Source: Haliotis cracherodii (Eukaryota). Taken from it: DNA of 64,000 nt. Shown one piece after another: positions 1 through 13,220 of this stretch (position 1 is the stretch's first letter; each line of letters starts with the position of its first letter). The DNA lies in NCBI RefSeq assembly GCF_022045235.1, contig NW_027266343.1, positions 27,900,001 through 27,964,000 on the forward strand. Direction: 5' to 3'. The notes beneath the pieces are model-generated. The model had not been told where the DNA came from. It did not search any database and was given only the letters and a program-made list of their open reading frames with translations. The translations under genes were made by a program, and so were the position numbers.

Positions 1-7
1 GTTAAGG

Positions 8-300
8 GCAGTTGAAAATGAAATTCATTTCATTCTTGTTTGCCCTATTTATGAAGATATTCGTTCAAAATATTTCCCATATTTAGACTTCATTACTATT
101 AATAATCGTAAAGACACACTGGTTAGAATGTTAAACTCTTCTGATGTAAACCGCCTTGAGAACTTAAAACTTAAAAATGCTATCTGTCTTCGTTCTTCTT
201 ACCTGTCAATATTATTTCATGCAGCACTTGATGTGAAACTAATTTGTATATACATGTACGTGGGCCTGAGGCCTTATTACCAAATAAACTGATTGATACA
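8..300 (+). mobile_element. 3' end of a non-LTR retrotransposon (LINE ORF2 C-terminus plus 3' UTR), truncated by the window edge
   Basis: The frame from nt 8 reads AVENEIHFILVCPIYEDIRSKYF, matching the ExExHFxLxCPxY zinc-knuckle end of CR1/L2-group ORF2. AATAAA and a short gatt tail follow near 285-300. Confidence 0.6.
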
Positions 301-2962
301 ATATATACAGTTATTTCATTGACAAAATCAAAGAACTTGTTTGCTATTATCAAATTTGTTGATGAACAATTTGTTAGTTGTGTTAATGTACTGATTAATA
401 CGTCGACTAATACTAGTAATAAGGATATAACAAATATTTTGAGGATAGAGCTTGTGATTATTTGGGTTGTTTAATCGTAATTTGCCAGTCAGAATCAATG
501 TAACTTTCTCAGATATATTCAGAGATGAAGATGATCCATGGATCACGACTATATGTTGCCACTGATTTTGTCATTAAAGTTCAATGCGGATTTGATTGAA
601 TACTTAATTCTCTATTGAAATTAGGCTTTCGAGTTTCGCAATACTTCTAATATCACTGCATCCTCAACCTACACAAATAGGTCTAGCATAATAAGCACTG
701 AAATTATGTCAGAGTTGCTGTCAGTGTCAGGCAGAACGGTCGACTATCGTGTAGGGGTGATGGTGCTTGTCCAAATAAAATCATACTGTTTATACTTACA
801 TGCTTTTCTTATGCAAAGTGATTTGTAGTTTGGTGCACAGTGACCCCTGTAGGCATGGTCATTAAGGCCAATAATGTACTAAAAGAATGCATTAATCTAA
901 ATTATTACTGCAATCATAAGCCTTCTTTATGTACCGGAAACAGCCCCCTGTTTCAAGGGACATAACTCCCAATGACAAAGTATTCCCGGAAAAACTTATT
1001 GTGTTTATTTAGCTGAAAAGGCGTCTGTTGTTACATTTATCATTGTGTACTGTTAATATTATGCAAGACTGAACTTGACTGGCCGTAATAGTCTGCACCT
1101 TTGCTCATTCACGAAGAATTTGAATAAGACTCGGAAGACTGAATGTCAAAATGGATTGTAATAATTATGAAATTTGACTCGTTTAGGATATAAGGTGGAT
1201 TATGAAACAACAAAATATCGTACTTCAGGTTAAAATATGTATGCCATTGTCAAACCATAACACATAATGAGGAGAACATTTGAAATATGGTAGAATATTT
1301 GACCTTTTGATCCTGATATGAAATCAGGCCGTCCGTTAGTGGGCGTGGCTTATGTTTTTTCACGGATTATGGAAACAAGAATGCCAAAAATAATTGCTTC
1401 AAGTGCCACAGAATTATTTTTTGTGCGTGATCTTAAAAAATATTTTTGAAGTAGTAATATTTTGGAATATTCAAATGTTTTTCATTTTAATTTCTTTGAA
1501 GTTATACAGAAATTGGCATATACACTTACGGATTGGCACGAAGAAAGAATAACACGAAACATATGCTACAAAAAACAACAAGAAAATGAAATAAATTACC
1601 GAGATGTCTGTAGTTTTTATTGGCCTCATTGGAAAGAAACGTAACACAGAACTTGGTGATCAATGTAATAAAAACGTCTGCCTCTGCATTATAACGACAG
1701 CAGCTAAAACACACAATTGTTGTAAAAATATGTTAATCATGCCAATATATATGTATAACAAAGATTTTGATGACCGATCATGTTACAATCTGGGTTGATT
1801 TATCATAACGTGCCTGTCAGCATCACTCTAACTTTCACGCCAAGACAAATGTTTCTGAAGTGCAGTTTTAATTGGCTATGGCTTTCAACTCGTACCACGC
1901 ACGAGACTCATCAAGCCATATCTGATAAACGGACGTTTGTTATATTGTGGCTGAGGGTTTGTGCTGTGCTTTTTCTCTCTGTATATGGCCTAGTATATAT
2001 AACTTAATAATTACCTCAAACATAACCGCATTGTTATATTTTAAAATTCATCAGAATCTTCGATGAACTCTTACCTGTCGTAAATTATGTGTCAGCTTTT
2101 GGAGATAAAGGGGTTTCCAGTTAGAGCTGGCTTGGTAGCTGAAGAAGTAACGGCACTAAATAAGATTTGGAACAGAGCGATAAGTAATGTTTGTCTTTGG
2201 GTAGTTGTGTTTCAGATTTACAGTATCTGTGTTCATGAGGAAATATTTGACAATAACAAACCGTGAACCTATCAGCAGCTTTACTGGAGGTGACACCTTG
2301 TGTGCATTATTATTTAAACTCGATATGGTGCTCTACGTGGTAAATGACATTGTTCGTGCCTGACTACACACAGGCAACACAGTTGGATTACGGATCCTAT
2401 AATAGAACATGGAGTCACCTCCTAGCCCAAACCTATATAAGTGTTTAATAGCTCTCTTCTGATTTTATTGAGTAGAGGTGTTTAATTTACCTTTCAGAGT
2501 ATTGGCTGTTGAGCTAGCTGGTTTTGTAGATAGTTGACACATGACTCAGGGTTGTAGCTGTATGACAGACAATGTTTCAGTCCTGGTGAGATGCAATCAG
2601 TTTCCCGATACATGTACATGTGTATAGCTCACGTGTCTCACTGTCTCAACTATTTGTATAATACGAACATATCATTATTATCTACAGTGGTTGAAGAAAT
2701 ATACTTAGAAAGAAACGATACTAAATGAAATAGTTCTGCCATTCTATCTCGATTTTTAATGGCCTCTTATACATAGACATGTTGCAATCGGAATGCTACT
2801 TTGTGTATCGCGTATGATATTATGGAACGTTCACGTATGATAACAATTTATCCACTGAGTTGGCACCGTGCAATCACCAGCAGCAGATTTCCTGGTTGTA
2901 ACCAAGGAGACATGTTCACCAGGGACTGACTATTTGTTGTAGATCATACATACGGCAACACC

Positions 2963-4976
2963 ATGTCAAAGGGTGCAGTAGCAGTTATCGACAAGAAGGA
3001 TATGACGTCATTAAAATCCCTAAACAAACCGCTTCAGCTGGTTAAAGAGCTCCTGACAGTGACACTCCTGCTCCTGGGCTACCCTGAGAAGGAGGCTGAG
3101 GTAGGGTAAGGCCCAAAACGTAACACAGTGATGGGGGATGGGAGGTGTGTGTGTGTGCGTGCTTGCGTTCGTGCATGCGTGCGCGTGTGTGTGTGTGTTT
3201 GGGGGGGGGGGGGGGGGGGATAAGGTATTCTGACATTAGAGACAGAGAGCTGTTTCAGTTTCACCCAGGTGCTTTGGTGGTAAAATATGAAATACCTGCA
3301 TACCAAATACCCTTACTTATTATAAGCATATTATAATACCTGCAAACAAAATACCCTTACTTATTATAAGCATATTATAAGCATTCCATACCTTGCACAC
3401 ACCGATTACGTCCATGTGATCTATCAAAAAAAAGTGGGTCAATGGTTTCAATAGCCAGATGTCTTAAGAAATACAATATGACCAAAATATTATGACATAA
3501 ACTGCATTTAACCTTTTGGCAATTTAGATTTGGGCGGTTTTGATTCACTGTAATGACTGATAAGATTTTGGCGCTGTCTGGTAGTCTAGTGGTTAAAGAC
3601 ACCAGTTCGATTTCCCATATTGGCAGAATGGGTAGAAGCCAATTTCTGGTGTCCCCCGCCGTGATATTCCTGCAATTTTGAACTTGATACACAGCCTAAC
3701 ACTGGGCATAAATGTGTGCTTTAAATGATATTTGTCCCTCTAATTAATGTTGTAAACGGGAATTGTTGCAGAATCACTTCAACAAACTTCAACATATCTT
3801 AACTTGACGGGGATTGTTCTGAGCCATGATTGGCCGTTTCCCATGTCATTATAATTATGATTTATGTATTATTGGTTTTACACCAGAACTATTACATATG
3901 CCGTCGTGTCTTGGCTGCCCCGGGGAAGGATGGTCTGCAACAGCAGATGATGAACAAGGACGCCAGCTCCATCCCTCCTGACACAGTGGCTAAAGTCAGG
4001 GCTAAGCTGCAAGAGCACTCAGTGGAGAGGACTAAAAATGCGTCCTTAGAATCAGTCGGGCTATACACTTGGGTAAGTGACCAGTTGGCTATACACGTGG
4101 GTAAGTGACCAGTTGGCTATGCACTTGGGTAAGTGACCAGCTGGCTATACACTTGGGTAAGTGACCAGCTGGCTATACACTTGGGTAAGTGACCAGCTGG
4201 CTATACACTTGGGTAAGTGACCAGCTGGCTATACACTTGGGTAAGTGACCAGCTGGCTATACACTTGGGTAAGTGACCAGCTGGCTATACACTTGGGTAA
4301 GTGACTAGTTGGCTGTACACTTGTGTAAGTGACCAGTTGGCTATACACTTGGGTAAGTGACCAGTTGGCTATACACGTGGGTAAGTGACCAGTTGGATAT
4401 ACACGTGGGTAAGTGACCAGTTGGCTATACATGTGGGTAAGTGACCAGTTGGCTATACACGTGGGTAAGTGACCAGGAAAATGCATCGGTTATCGTTTTT
4501 GTCACAGATGCATCAAATATCGAAATGACCTTAACATGTCTACCATAAATCTTCACTTCACAAAGCTTTACTGAGGCCTTAAATGTTGTAACCTTCATCA
4601 AACAACATTAGCGTAAGACCCTCTTTGAAATCATCATAGAAAGAGCAAGCTCGGTTGTACCTCAAAGTTATGAAATGTAAACACAAAAGCCTGGAGCTGC
4701 TGGAAAATTGCTCGACATTAAGGAAAAGTTGACCATTGGAAAGTTGAAGTCATCTTTCTTGTCATACAGTCTTGTGGGGTGTTTTAGGCGTCCAACAAGT
4801 CAGACTAAGTGATATTTCACAGTAATGGCAGAGCTTATGAGGTTTGCGTACGATACTCTGACAATTGTAATCCTGACAATCCATATATAACATTTCTAAT
4901 AATTGTTCACATGATGATGAAGTATTTTGCATCATGTTTTTACTTTTTATTGCAGGCAAGCAAAATGACAGCCTAA
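2963..4976 (+). CDS. Stand-alone dynein-stalk MTBD-like microprotein, copy 1 (114 aa; exons 2963-3100, 3887-4072, 4956-4976)
   Basis: GT/AG phase-0 junctions at the same positions in all three copies. Protein: MSKGAVAVIDKKDMTSLKSLNKPLQLVKELLTVTLLLLGYPEKEAE/NYYICRRVLAAPGKDGLQQQMMNKDASSIPPDTVAKVRAKLQEHSVERTKNASLESVGLYTW/ASKMTA*. It matches the dynein MTBD pattern DIxEIKSxxxPPxxVK..LLG..D..IP..S.A..GL..W. This copy lacks the TATA box and non-coding first exon seen in copies 2 and 3. Confidence 0.72.
3580..3690 (+). mobile_element. Degenerate short tRNA-derived SINE (same family as 33151-33290)
   Basis: ggtagtctagtggttaaag (A-box-like), gttcgatttcc (B-box-like), and the core aagcc(a/c)atttctggtgtcccccg shared with the 33151 copy. 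Confidence 0.6.
4061..4476 (+). repeat. 28-bp minisatellite of reiterated exon end plus 5' splice site (15 units)
   Basis: Unit ctatacac(g/t)tgg|gtaagtgaccag(t/c)tgg, with GT positions from 4073 to 4465 at exact 28-nt spacing. Confidence 0.95.
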
Positions 4977-5049
4977 GTTATAAATGACTGGACATTAGCA
5001 CACGGAATTCGACGAGAACCTGAAGCAAAGACCAAACAGCTTACGAGCA

Positions 5050-5575
5050 TCGGATACACAGAACCAATCAGCCGACCACCATCTGATACACAGCTCCAAT
5101 AAGTTTACCACCATCTGATACACAGCTCCAATCAGCCTACCACCATCTGATACACAGAACTTATCAACCTACCACCATCTGATAAACACAACCAATCAGC
5201 CGACCACCATCTGATACACAGAACCAATCAGCCTACCACCATCTGATACACTGAACCAATCAGCCTACCACCATCTGATACACAGATCCAATCAGCCGAC
5301 CGCCATCTGATACACAGATCCAATCAGCCTACCGCCATCTGATACACAGAACCAATCAGCCGACCACCATCTGATACACAAAACCAATCAGCCGACCACC
5401 ATTTGATACACAGAACTTATCAACCTACCACCATCTGATACACAGATCCAATCAGCCGACCGCCATCTGATACACAGAACCAATCAGCCGACCACCATCT
5501 GATACACAAAACCAATCAGCCGACCACCATCTGATACACAGAACTTATCAACCTACCACCATCTGATACACAGAG
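5050..5575 (+). repeat. 32-bp minisatellite 3' of the copy 1 stop codon, CCAATCAG-rich
   Basis: Unit atctgatacacagaaccaatcagcc(t/g)accacc, about 16 copies. Confidence 0.9.
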
Positions 5576-6584
5576 TCAGCCTTCTAACCAAAAGGATTGT
5601 AATACATTAATGTAAGCCCCAGCACTGGGTTTGCCAACAGTTTACTTGTTGGACAAAGTAGGAACGAATGCTCTGAATGTTTCTGTTTGTTTACAATATA
5701 AGGAAGACCAAATTAAATAAAACAACTCGTGCTTGTGTCCATTTGTTCGTATGTTTCCCCTTCAGCTGAAGGCCCCCGTATGAAAAGGTCCGTGATACGG
5801 GTCATACAGAGCGTGGCCTAATGCTTCTACAACAAGGAACAAGTTGGCCAATCAAGTGTTCAATCAAGGGCTCAATGAAGTAAGCACAGTCCACCTGTTA
5901 AGTTTGTTCACTGTCTACTTCAGAAGATGATCAAATATGGAAGGATCTCAGTTTATTAAAAGAACATTTCTACATTTCCAATCATACGGCGATAGCTGAG
6001 TTAAAAGAATCGTGCAATCGTCTACATCAGCTAAACATAATAATTAAATAACAAGAATGTGACAACCTTCTTTGGCTTTATAAATTATTTATTTTATTCA
6101 GAGACACGAGGTATAACAAGGACAATAAAACCTTTCAAAAAAGGAAGAAACAACAACATTCTCGTAAAACTACAGCCGTAAAAGACACCATGCTTCGGAT
6201 AAAATAAATAAAATTTGACCTATTTAAATTGGGGTTGTCTATGAAGTCGTGCATGCCTGGACAGGTGGATATCATATGCTGAATTGTTGAGAAGACAGTC
6301 ACGGAAGGGGTGTTCTTGACAAACAAAGTTCTTATGTCATAAAGCAAGCCTTAACGTACGTAATGGGTTTTCATGTGATGAAACCCTTGTGAAAACGTTC
6401 ATTGAGCATTTAGTAGACAAACCTTGATGTTCCAATGATTTGAACACCCTAGTTCTCACATTAATCATCGTTTGCGTTTTTTGAAAACAGAAATATAATT
6501 TCATTGAAAGAATGATACAGTAACTCATTTTGAACATTCACATGTCAAATAGTTTCCCAGGACAAGGTTTTGTTTTAAAGTATG

Positions 6585-6910
6585 AATGCTTCACGTAGAG
6601 GTACTGCTGTGGTTTTGTCCTGAGGTCTGTATGTCTCACGCAAAGGTACTGCTGTGGTTTTGTCGAGATGCTTCACGTACTGTTTCGGTTTTGTCGTAAA
6701 GTCCTTATGCTTCACGTACAGGTACTGTTTCGGTTTTGTCGTAAAGTCAGTATGCTTCACGTACAGGTACTGCTGTGGTTTTGTCGTGAAGTCTATGCTT
6801 CACGTACAGGTACTGCTGTGGTTTTGTCGTGAAGTCTGTATGCTTCATGAACAGCAACTGCTGTGGTTTTGTCTGAAGTTTGTATGCTTCACGTGCAGGT
6901 ACTGCTGTTG
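6585..6910 (+). repeat. 45-bp minisatellite
   Basis: Unit tatgcttcacgtacaggtactgctgtggttttgtcgtgaagtctg, about 7 copies, with a paralogous array at 14120-14675. Confidence 0.9.
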
Positions 6911-8550
6911 TTTTAGTTTCAACCAGAGAAATGCAGATCGTTCTATGACAACATGACATGTTCACAAACATGTAGCAATATCTGAAGCATACCATTTGAG
7001 CTAAGCAACATTTGCTCCTCAAATTAATTGAATAGTTGACATACGTATTATCATATTTATTTATTCAACAATTAGTTAAATATTGTCATAACAAAAACTA
7101 CCAATACATTATGTTTGGTTATTTCAACAATGAAAGTAACTTACATTATTATGCTGTTTCGTATAAACAATATCATACAAATAAAATATAAAAAATATAG
7201 TGTATAAGTGTATGCATATATCTTGGTAGTAACAGCTTTGACACAAGGTAACAGTATTCAGTTACATTGTTACACATGTCAGTCTGTCATATTGCATACT
7301 TCATTTAAAATAATATCATACATCTTGCAAACAATGTTGTGTTGAACATTGTCTGTTGCTGAGCAAGGGGTTCCTGAAAGAGATAAATACAGTGTGGCAA
7401 CATCAAGATCATCTTGGTAACAGTCATGTCTTCAACTCATGACTTATACGTAAGAGTGGAAATAGCGGTAAAAATAATATGAATGGGGCACTGAAAAGCA
7501 GCGATGAAAGTAACAAAAGAGGCATACATGTGTAAATGCAGTAACTTAATTTAAAAAATAGCAGCTACATTAAGAGTTAATACAACTTGTAACCCCATTT
7601 ATACCATCCTCTTTGAACTTATGTCAAACATTACCAATTCAACAAAAGGAAAATAGAAGCCTTCTCTCGATTTAAAACCCGTTAAAGAACATATAAGTTT
7701 ACAGTTTAACCATATTTCTCATGTGGTCTAAAAACATAAACTCATACGTACAACATTAGGACATGGTGATCGAGAATTAAAACAAGATTATTTAGAACAG
7801 GTTCAAACGAAGAGGTAAGTCTGTTGTTGAGGGCGGTCTAAGTAGTGATAACTTGTGCACAAAACGGTTCACATAAATAATTCAAACGAAGCACGTGTCT
7901 ACATCCCACAAATGGGTAAAACGAATGATTTGTCAAAAGCAAACGCAACTGGAGAATGGGGGAACAGGTGAACGGGGGACAGGGACTTGTCGCCCATAAA
8001 GAAGTATTGGCCTATAACAATATCTAAACAGATCAACAGTCCCACTGAAGGTCCACAGCGTGTGCGTGTCGAGCACACAACTTTGTTTACGAATCTCTAT
8101 AATTAGTAGTGTACGTGGTAAATGACATTATTCGTGCCTGACTACACCTGGCTGCCAATCTCGGATTAATTTGCATGGTTTCCAGAACTGCGACGTGCTC
8201 CTGCAATATAATATGACGTCATCGTCTTACTCGTGGCTATAGCAGTGTTGATTGTTCTAGAATGCCTTGACTGAGACTGAATGCAAGGCAGGACAGGTGA
8301 GAACACTCATGTGTACATTCTCCTTAACGATACTGTAATCAGCAGCCTTACTGGAGGTGACACCTTGTGTGTGTCGTGCACACGGCATCATTATTTAAAC
8401 TCGATATGGTGCTCTACGTGGTAAATGACATTGTTCGTGCCTGACTACACACAGGCAACACAGTTGGATTACGGATCCTATAATAGAACATGGAGTCACC
8501 TCCTAGCCCAAGCCTATATAAGTGTTGAATGTTCTCGAGTGTTGGGTCAG

Positions 8551-8611
8551 TATATAAAGCAGGACAGCGGCGACTTAAACACATACATTTACATCACCAG
8601 GACAGGTGAGT
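8551..8611 (+). promoter_or_regulatory. TATA box and short non-coding first exon of MTBD-like copy 2
   Basis: TATATAAA at 8551-8558, then ...caggacag|gtgagt with a donor at 8606. The acceptor ttgttgtag lies about 20 nt before the ATG at 9178. Copy 3 has the same arrangement. Confidence 0.65.
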
Positions 8612-9177
8612 ACGCTAACATGTTCATTTTCTTTAACAATACTGTAATGCTTTAATAGCCATCTTCTGATTTTATTGAGTGGAGGTGTTTAATTTACCTT
8701 TCAGAGTATTGGCTGTTGAGCTAGCTGGTTTTGTAGATAGTTGACACATGACTCAGGGTTGTAGCTGTATGACAGACAATGTTTCAGTCCTGGTGAGATG
8801 CAATCAGTTTCCCGATACATGTACATGTGTATAGCTCACGTGTCTCACTGTCTCAACTATTTGTATAATACGAACATATCATTATTATCTACAGTGGTTG
8901 AAGAAATATTCTTGGAAAGAAACGATACTAAATGAAATAGTTCTGCCATTCTATCTCGTTTTTTAATGGACTCTTACGAATAGACATGTTGCAATCGGAA
9001 TGCTACTTTGTGTATCGCGTATGATATTATGGAACGTTCAAGTTGTCTTATATGATAACAATTTATCCACTGAGTTGGCACCGTGCAATCACCAGCAGCA
9101 GATTTCATGGTAGTAACCAAGGAAACATGTTCACCACGGACTGACTATTTGTTGTAGATCATACAGAAAGCAACACC

Positions 9178-12100
9178 ATGTCAAAGGGCGGAAATACAGT
9201 TATCGACAAGAATGATATCACGGTAATAAAATCCTTAAGTAACCCGCCTCAGCTGGTCAAAGAACTCCTGACAGTGACACTCCTGCTGCTGGGCTATCCG
9301 GAGAAGGAGGCTGAGGTATTTTCCGTCTCATCGGGGTGTCTTGTCATCCAAAAAAGTCTCGACAGCAATATGGCCTGTTGACTACAATTTGTCTACAGTC
9401 AAACCTCCTTGCGACGTGGTCATGCGTTGCTCCTTTGTGTATCAGACCAACAGCTTGTTCTTGCTGTTGAAGCGTTAATCTACCCATGCTCATGTCCTAC
9501 AGTTTGAGTGTGAATGAACGGTACATCGTTCTTTGTATATCAATATCTGTGTTATTTTGGCATGCTGTTAGTGCAGCCAGAGTTTCACTTACAACTCACG
9601 TTCCCTTGATCTGGGTACCGTAGCACGTGCATTACTCAGCATATTGTTTTGGTTGTGTTTGGGAGATTGACTCTCAACCATTTTGTATCACTATTCTGGC
9701 TTTGGACCCGACGTGTCCAAATTTAAGTTTGGTAACGTTTCTACGTCAGTTTACATCAACAGTTATGCTATTTATGTCCATTATCCACAATCTTAGTAAC
9801 TGAAATGTTCATTCCTCGATCAGTTGTGAATACATATCATGTCAAGTTGACCAGTTTACAAGATGTAAAGAATGCACTTATATTATACCAAAATTCTTTG
9901 AACCATGACCACGCCCCCCCCCCCCCCCCATGGCCGTTTCCCATATCATTATAATTATGATTTATATGTTATTGGTTTTACACCAGAACTATAACATATG
10001 CCGTCGTGTCTTGGCTGCCCCGGGGAAGGATGGTCTGCAACAGCAGATGATGAACAAGGACGCCAGCTCCATCCCTCCTGACACAGTGGCCAAAGTCAGG
10101 GCTAAGCTGCAAGAGTACTCAGTGGAAAAGGCAATGTGCGTGTGCTGTGCTTCAGTCGGGCTATACACGTGGGTAAGTGACCAGTTGGCTTTACACGTGG
10201 GTAAGTGACTAGTTGGCTATACACGTGGGTAAGTGACCAGTTGGCTATACATGTGGGTAAGTGACCAGCTGGCTATACACGTGGGTAAGTCACCAGTTGG
10301 CCATACACGTTAGTAAGTGACCAGCTGGCTATACACGTGGGTAAGTAACGAGTTGGTTGTACACGTGGGTAAGTGACCAGTTGGCCATACACGTTAGTAA
10401 GTGACCAGCTGGCTATACACGTGGGTAAGTGACGAGTTGATTGTACACATGGGAAAGTGACCAGCTGGCTATACACGTGGGTAAGTGACCAGTTGGCTAT
10501 ACACGTGGGTAAGTAACGAGTAGGTTGTACACATGGGAAAGTGACCAGTTGCCTATACACGTGGGTAAGTGACCAGTTGGCTATACATGTGGATAAGTGA
10601 CCAGTTGGTTGTACACGTGGGTAAGTGACCAGCTGGCTGTACACGTGGGTAAGTGACGACTTGGTTGTACACGTGGGTAAGTGACCAGCTGGCTATACAC
10701 ATGGGTAAGTGACCAGGTGGCTATATAAGTGGGTAAATAACGAGTTGGTTGTACACGTGGGTAAGTGACCAGTTGGCTATACACGTGGGTAATTGACCAG
10801 CTGGCTGTACACATGGGAAAGTGACCAGTTGGCTATACACGTGGGTAAGTGACCAGTTGGCTATACACGTGGGTAAGTGACCAGTTGGCTATACATGTGG
10901 ATAAGTGACCAGTTGGTTGTACACGTGGGTAAGTGACCAGCTGGCTATACACATGGGTAAGTGACGACTTGGTTGTACACGTGGGTAAGTGACCAGCTGG
11001 CTATACACGTGGGTAAGTGACGACTTGGTTGTACACGTGGGTAAGTGACCAGATGGCTATACACATGGGTAAGTGACCAGGTGGCTATATAAGTGGGTAA
11101 ATAACGAGTTGGTTGTACACGTGGGTAAGTGACCAGTTGGCTATACACGTGGGTAATTGACTAGCTGGCTGTACACATGGGAAAGTGACCAGTTGGCTAT
11201 ACACGTGGGTAAGTGACCAGTTGGCTATACACGTGGGTAAGTGACCAGTTGGCTATACACGTGGGTAAGTGACCAGCTGGCTATACACGTGGGTAAGTGA
11301 CCAGTTGGCTATACACGTTAGTAAGTGAGCAGTTGGCTATACAACTGGGTAAGTGACCAGTTGGCTATACAAGTGGGTAAGTAACGAGTTGGTTGTACAC
11401 GTGGGTAAGTGACCAGTTGGCTATACACGTGGGTAATTGACCAGCTGGCTATACACGTGGGTAAGTGACCAGTTGGTTGTACACGTGGGTAAGTGACCAG
11501 CTGGCTATACACGTGGGTAAGTGACCAGTTGGCTATACACGTGGGTAAGTGACCAGTTGGCTATACACGTGGGTAAGTGACCAGCTGGCTATACATGTGG
11601 GTAAGTGACCAGTTGGTTGTACACGTGGGTAATTGACCAGTTGGCTATACACGTAGGTAAGTGACCAGTTGGTTGTACACGTGGGTAATTGACCAGTTGG
11701 CTATACACTTGGGTAAGTGACCAGCTGGCTATACACGTGGGTAAGTAACGAGTTGGTTGTACACGTGGGTAAGTGACCAGCTGGCTGTACACGTGGGTAA
11801 GTGACGACTTGGTTGTACACGTGGGTAAGTGACCAGTTAAAGCTGTGTTGACAAACAATGTATAGGCTGAAGTTTACATAGGTATTGAAAATAAATAAAA
11901 GCTACAAAAAACACTTTTGATATTCATAAGAAATATCGGCTAAAAGCAGGGTAGATTGTGCGATTCTGACTATATCATAAGCATGTATTTATGAAGCACT
12001 TATCAAATAGTGATGATAGCAGGTGTCCGTGAAAGGTTGAGTGTATCATGCCCCACCGGTGGCGTCCGTCACAAACACATACAAAGGCAAGTCAACTGTT

Positions 12101-12641
12101 CACCTAAAAAGACGAGAACATATGGTACGTGTTAAAATAGGAAATTGCATCCGTCATCGTTTTTGTCACAGATGTGTCAAATTTGGAAATGACCTCAACA
12201 TGTCTACCATAAATCTTCACTTCACAAAGCTTTACTGAGGCCTTAAATGTTGTAACCTTCATCAAACAACATTAGCGTAAGACCCTCTTTGAAATCATCA
12301 TAGAAAGAGCAAGCTCGGTTGTACCTCAAAGTTATGAAATGTAAACACAAAAGCCTGGAGCTGCTGGAATATTCCTCGAAATAAAGGAAAAGTTGACCGT
12401 TGGAAAGTTGAAGTCATCTTTCTTGTCATACAGTCTTGTGGGGTGTTTTGGGCGTCCAACAAGTCAGACTAAGTGATATTTCTAAGTAATGACAGAGCTA
12501 ATGACGTTTGCTTACGACACACTGACAATTGTAATCATAACAATCCATATATAACATTAGTTAATATCTGTTCACATGATGATGAAGTATTTTGCATCAT
12601 GTTTATACTTTTTATTGCAGGCAAGCAAAATGACAGCCTAA
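9178..12641 (+). CDS. Stand-alone dynein-stalk MTBD-like microprotein, copy 2 (114 aa; exons 9178-9315, 9987-10172, 12621-12641)
   Basis: Same exon lengths (138/186/21 nt) and splice sites as the other copies. Protein: MSKGGNTVIDKNDITVIKSLSNPPQLVKELLTVTLLLLGYPEKEAE/NYNICRRVLAAPGK...LQEYSVEKAMCVCCASVGLYTW/ASKMTA*. Confidence 0.8.
10161..11837 (+). repeat. 28-bp splice-donor minisatellite (60 units)
   Basis: First donor GT at 10173, last at 11825. The difference is 1652 = 59 x 28, so there is no net indel. Confidence 0.95.
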
Positions 12642-12713
12642 GTTATAAATGACTGGACATTAGCACACGGAATTCTACGAGAACCTGAAGCAAAGACCAA
12701 ACAGCTTACGAGC

Positions 12714-13220
12714 ATCTGATACACAGAACCAATCAGCCGACCACCATCTGATACACAGCTCCAAGCAGCCTACCGCCATCTGATACACAGCACCAATCAG
12801 CCTACCGCCATCTGACACACAGAACCAATCAGCCTACCACCATCTGAAACACAGAACCAGTCAGCCTACCACCATCTGATACACAGAACCAATCAGCCTA
12901 CCACCATCTGATACACAGCTCCAAGCAGCCTACCGCCATCTGATACACAGCACCAAGCAGCCTACCGCCATCTGACACACAGAACCAATCAGCCTACCGC
13001 CATCTGAAACACAGAACCAATCAGCCTACCACCATCTGATACACAGATCCAATATGCCTACCACCATCTGATACACAGAACCATACACAGAACCAATCAG
13101 CCTACCGCCATCTGATACACAGAACCAATCAGCCGACCACCATCTGATACACAGATCCAATCAGCCGACCACCATCTGATACACAGATCCAATATGCCTA
13201 CCACCATCTGATACACAGAG
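12714..13220 (+). repeat. 32-bp CCAATCAG-containing minisatellite 3' of the copy 2 stop codon
   Basis: Same unit as 5050-5575. Confidence 0.9.

Noticed and set aside
860-1995. Possible DNA transposon with ttaaggcca ... tggcctag ends
   Set aside because: The terminal match is too short, and no convincing TSD or second copy is present in the window.
3830-3886. Hydrophobic signal-peptide-like N-termini of ORFs 3830, 9930 and 18134
   Set aside because: They are translated AT-rich intron ends upstream of the caccag acceptor. The real N-terminus comes from the upstream coding exon.
8425-8655. 76-aa ORF conserved at 15963-16193
   Set aside because: Conservation reflects the recent segmental duplication. 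It overlaps the TATA box and non-coding exon and is broken in copy 1.
10273-11858. Periodic minus-strand ORFs (YSQLVTYPRVQPT...), also at 4229-4486 and 19017-19639
   Set aside because: Antisense translations of the splice-donor minisatellites.
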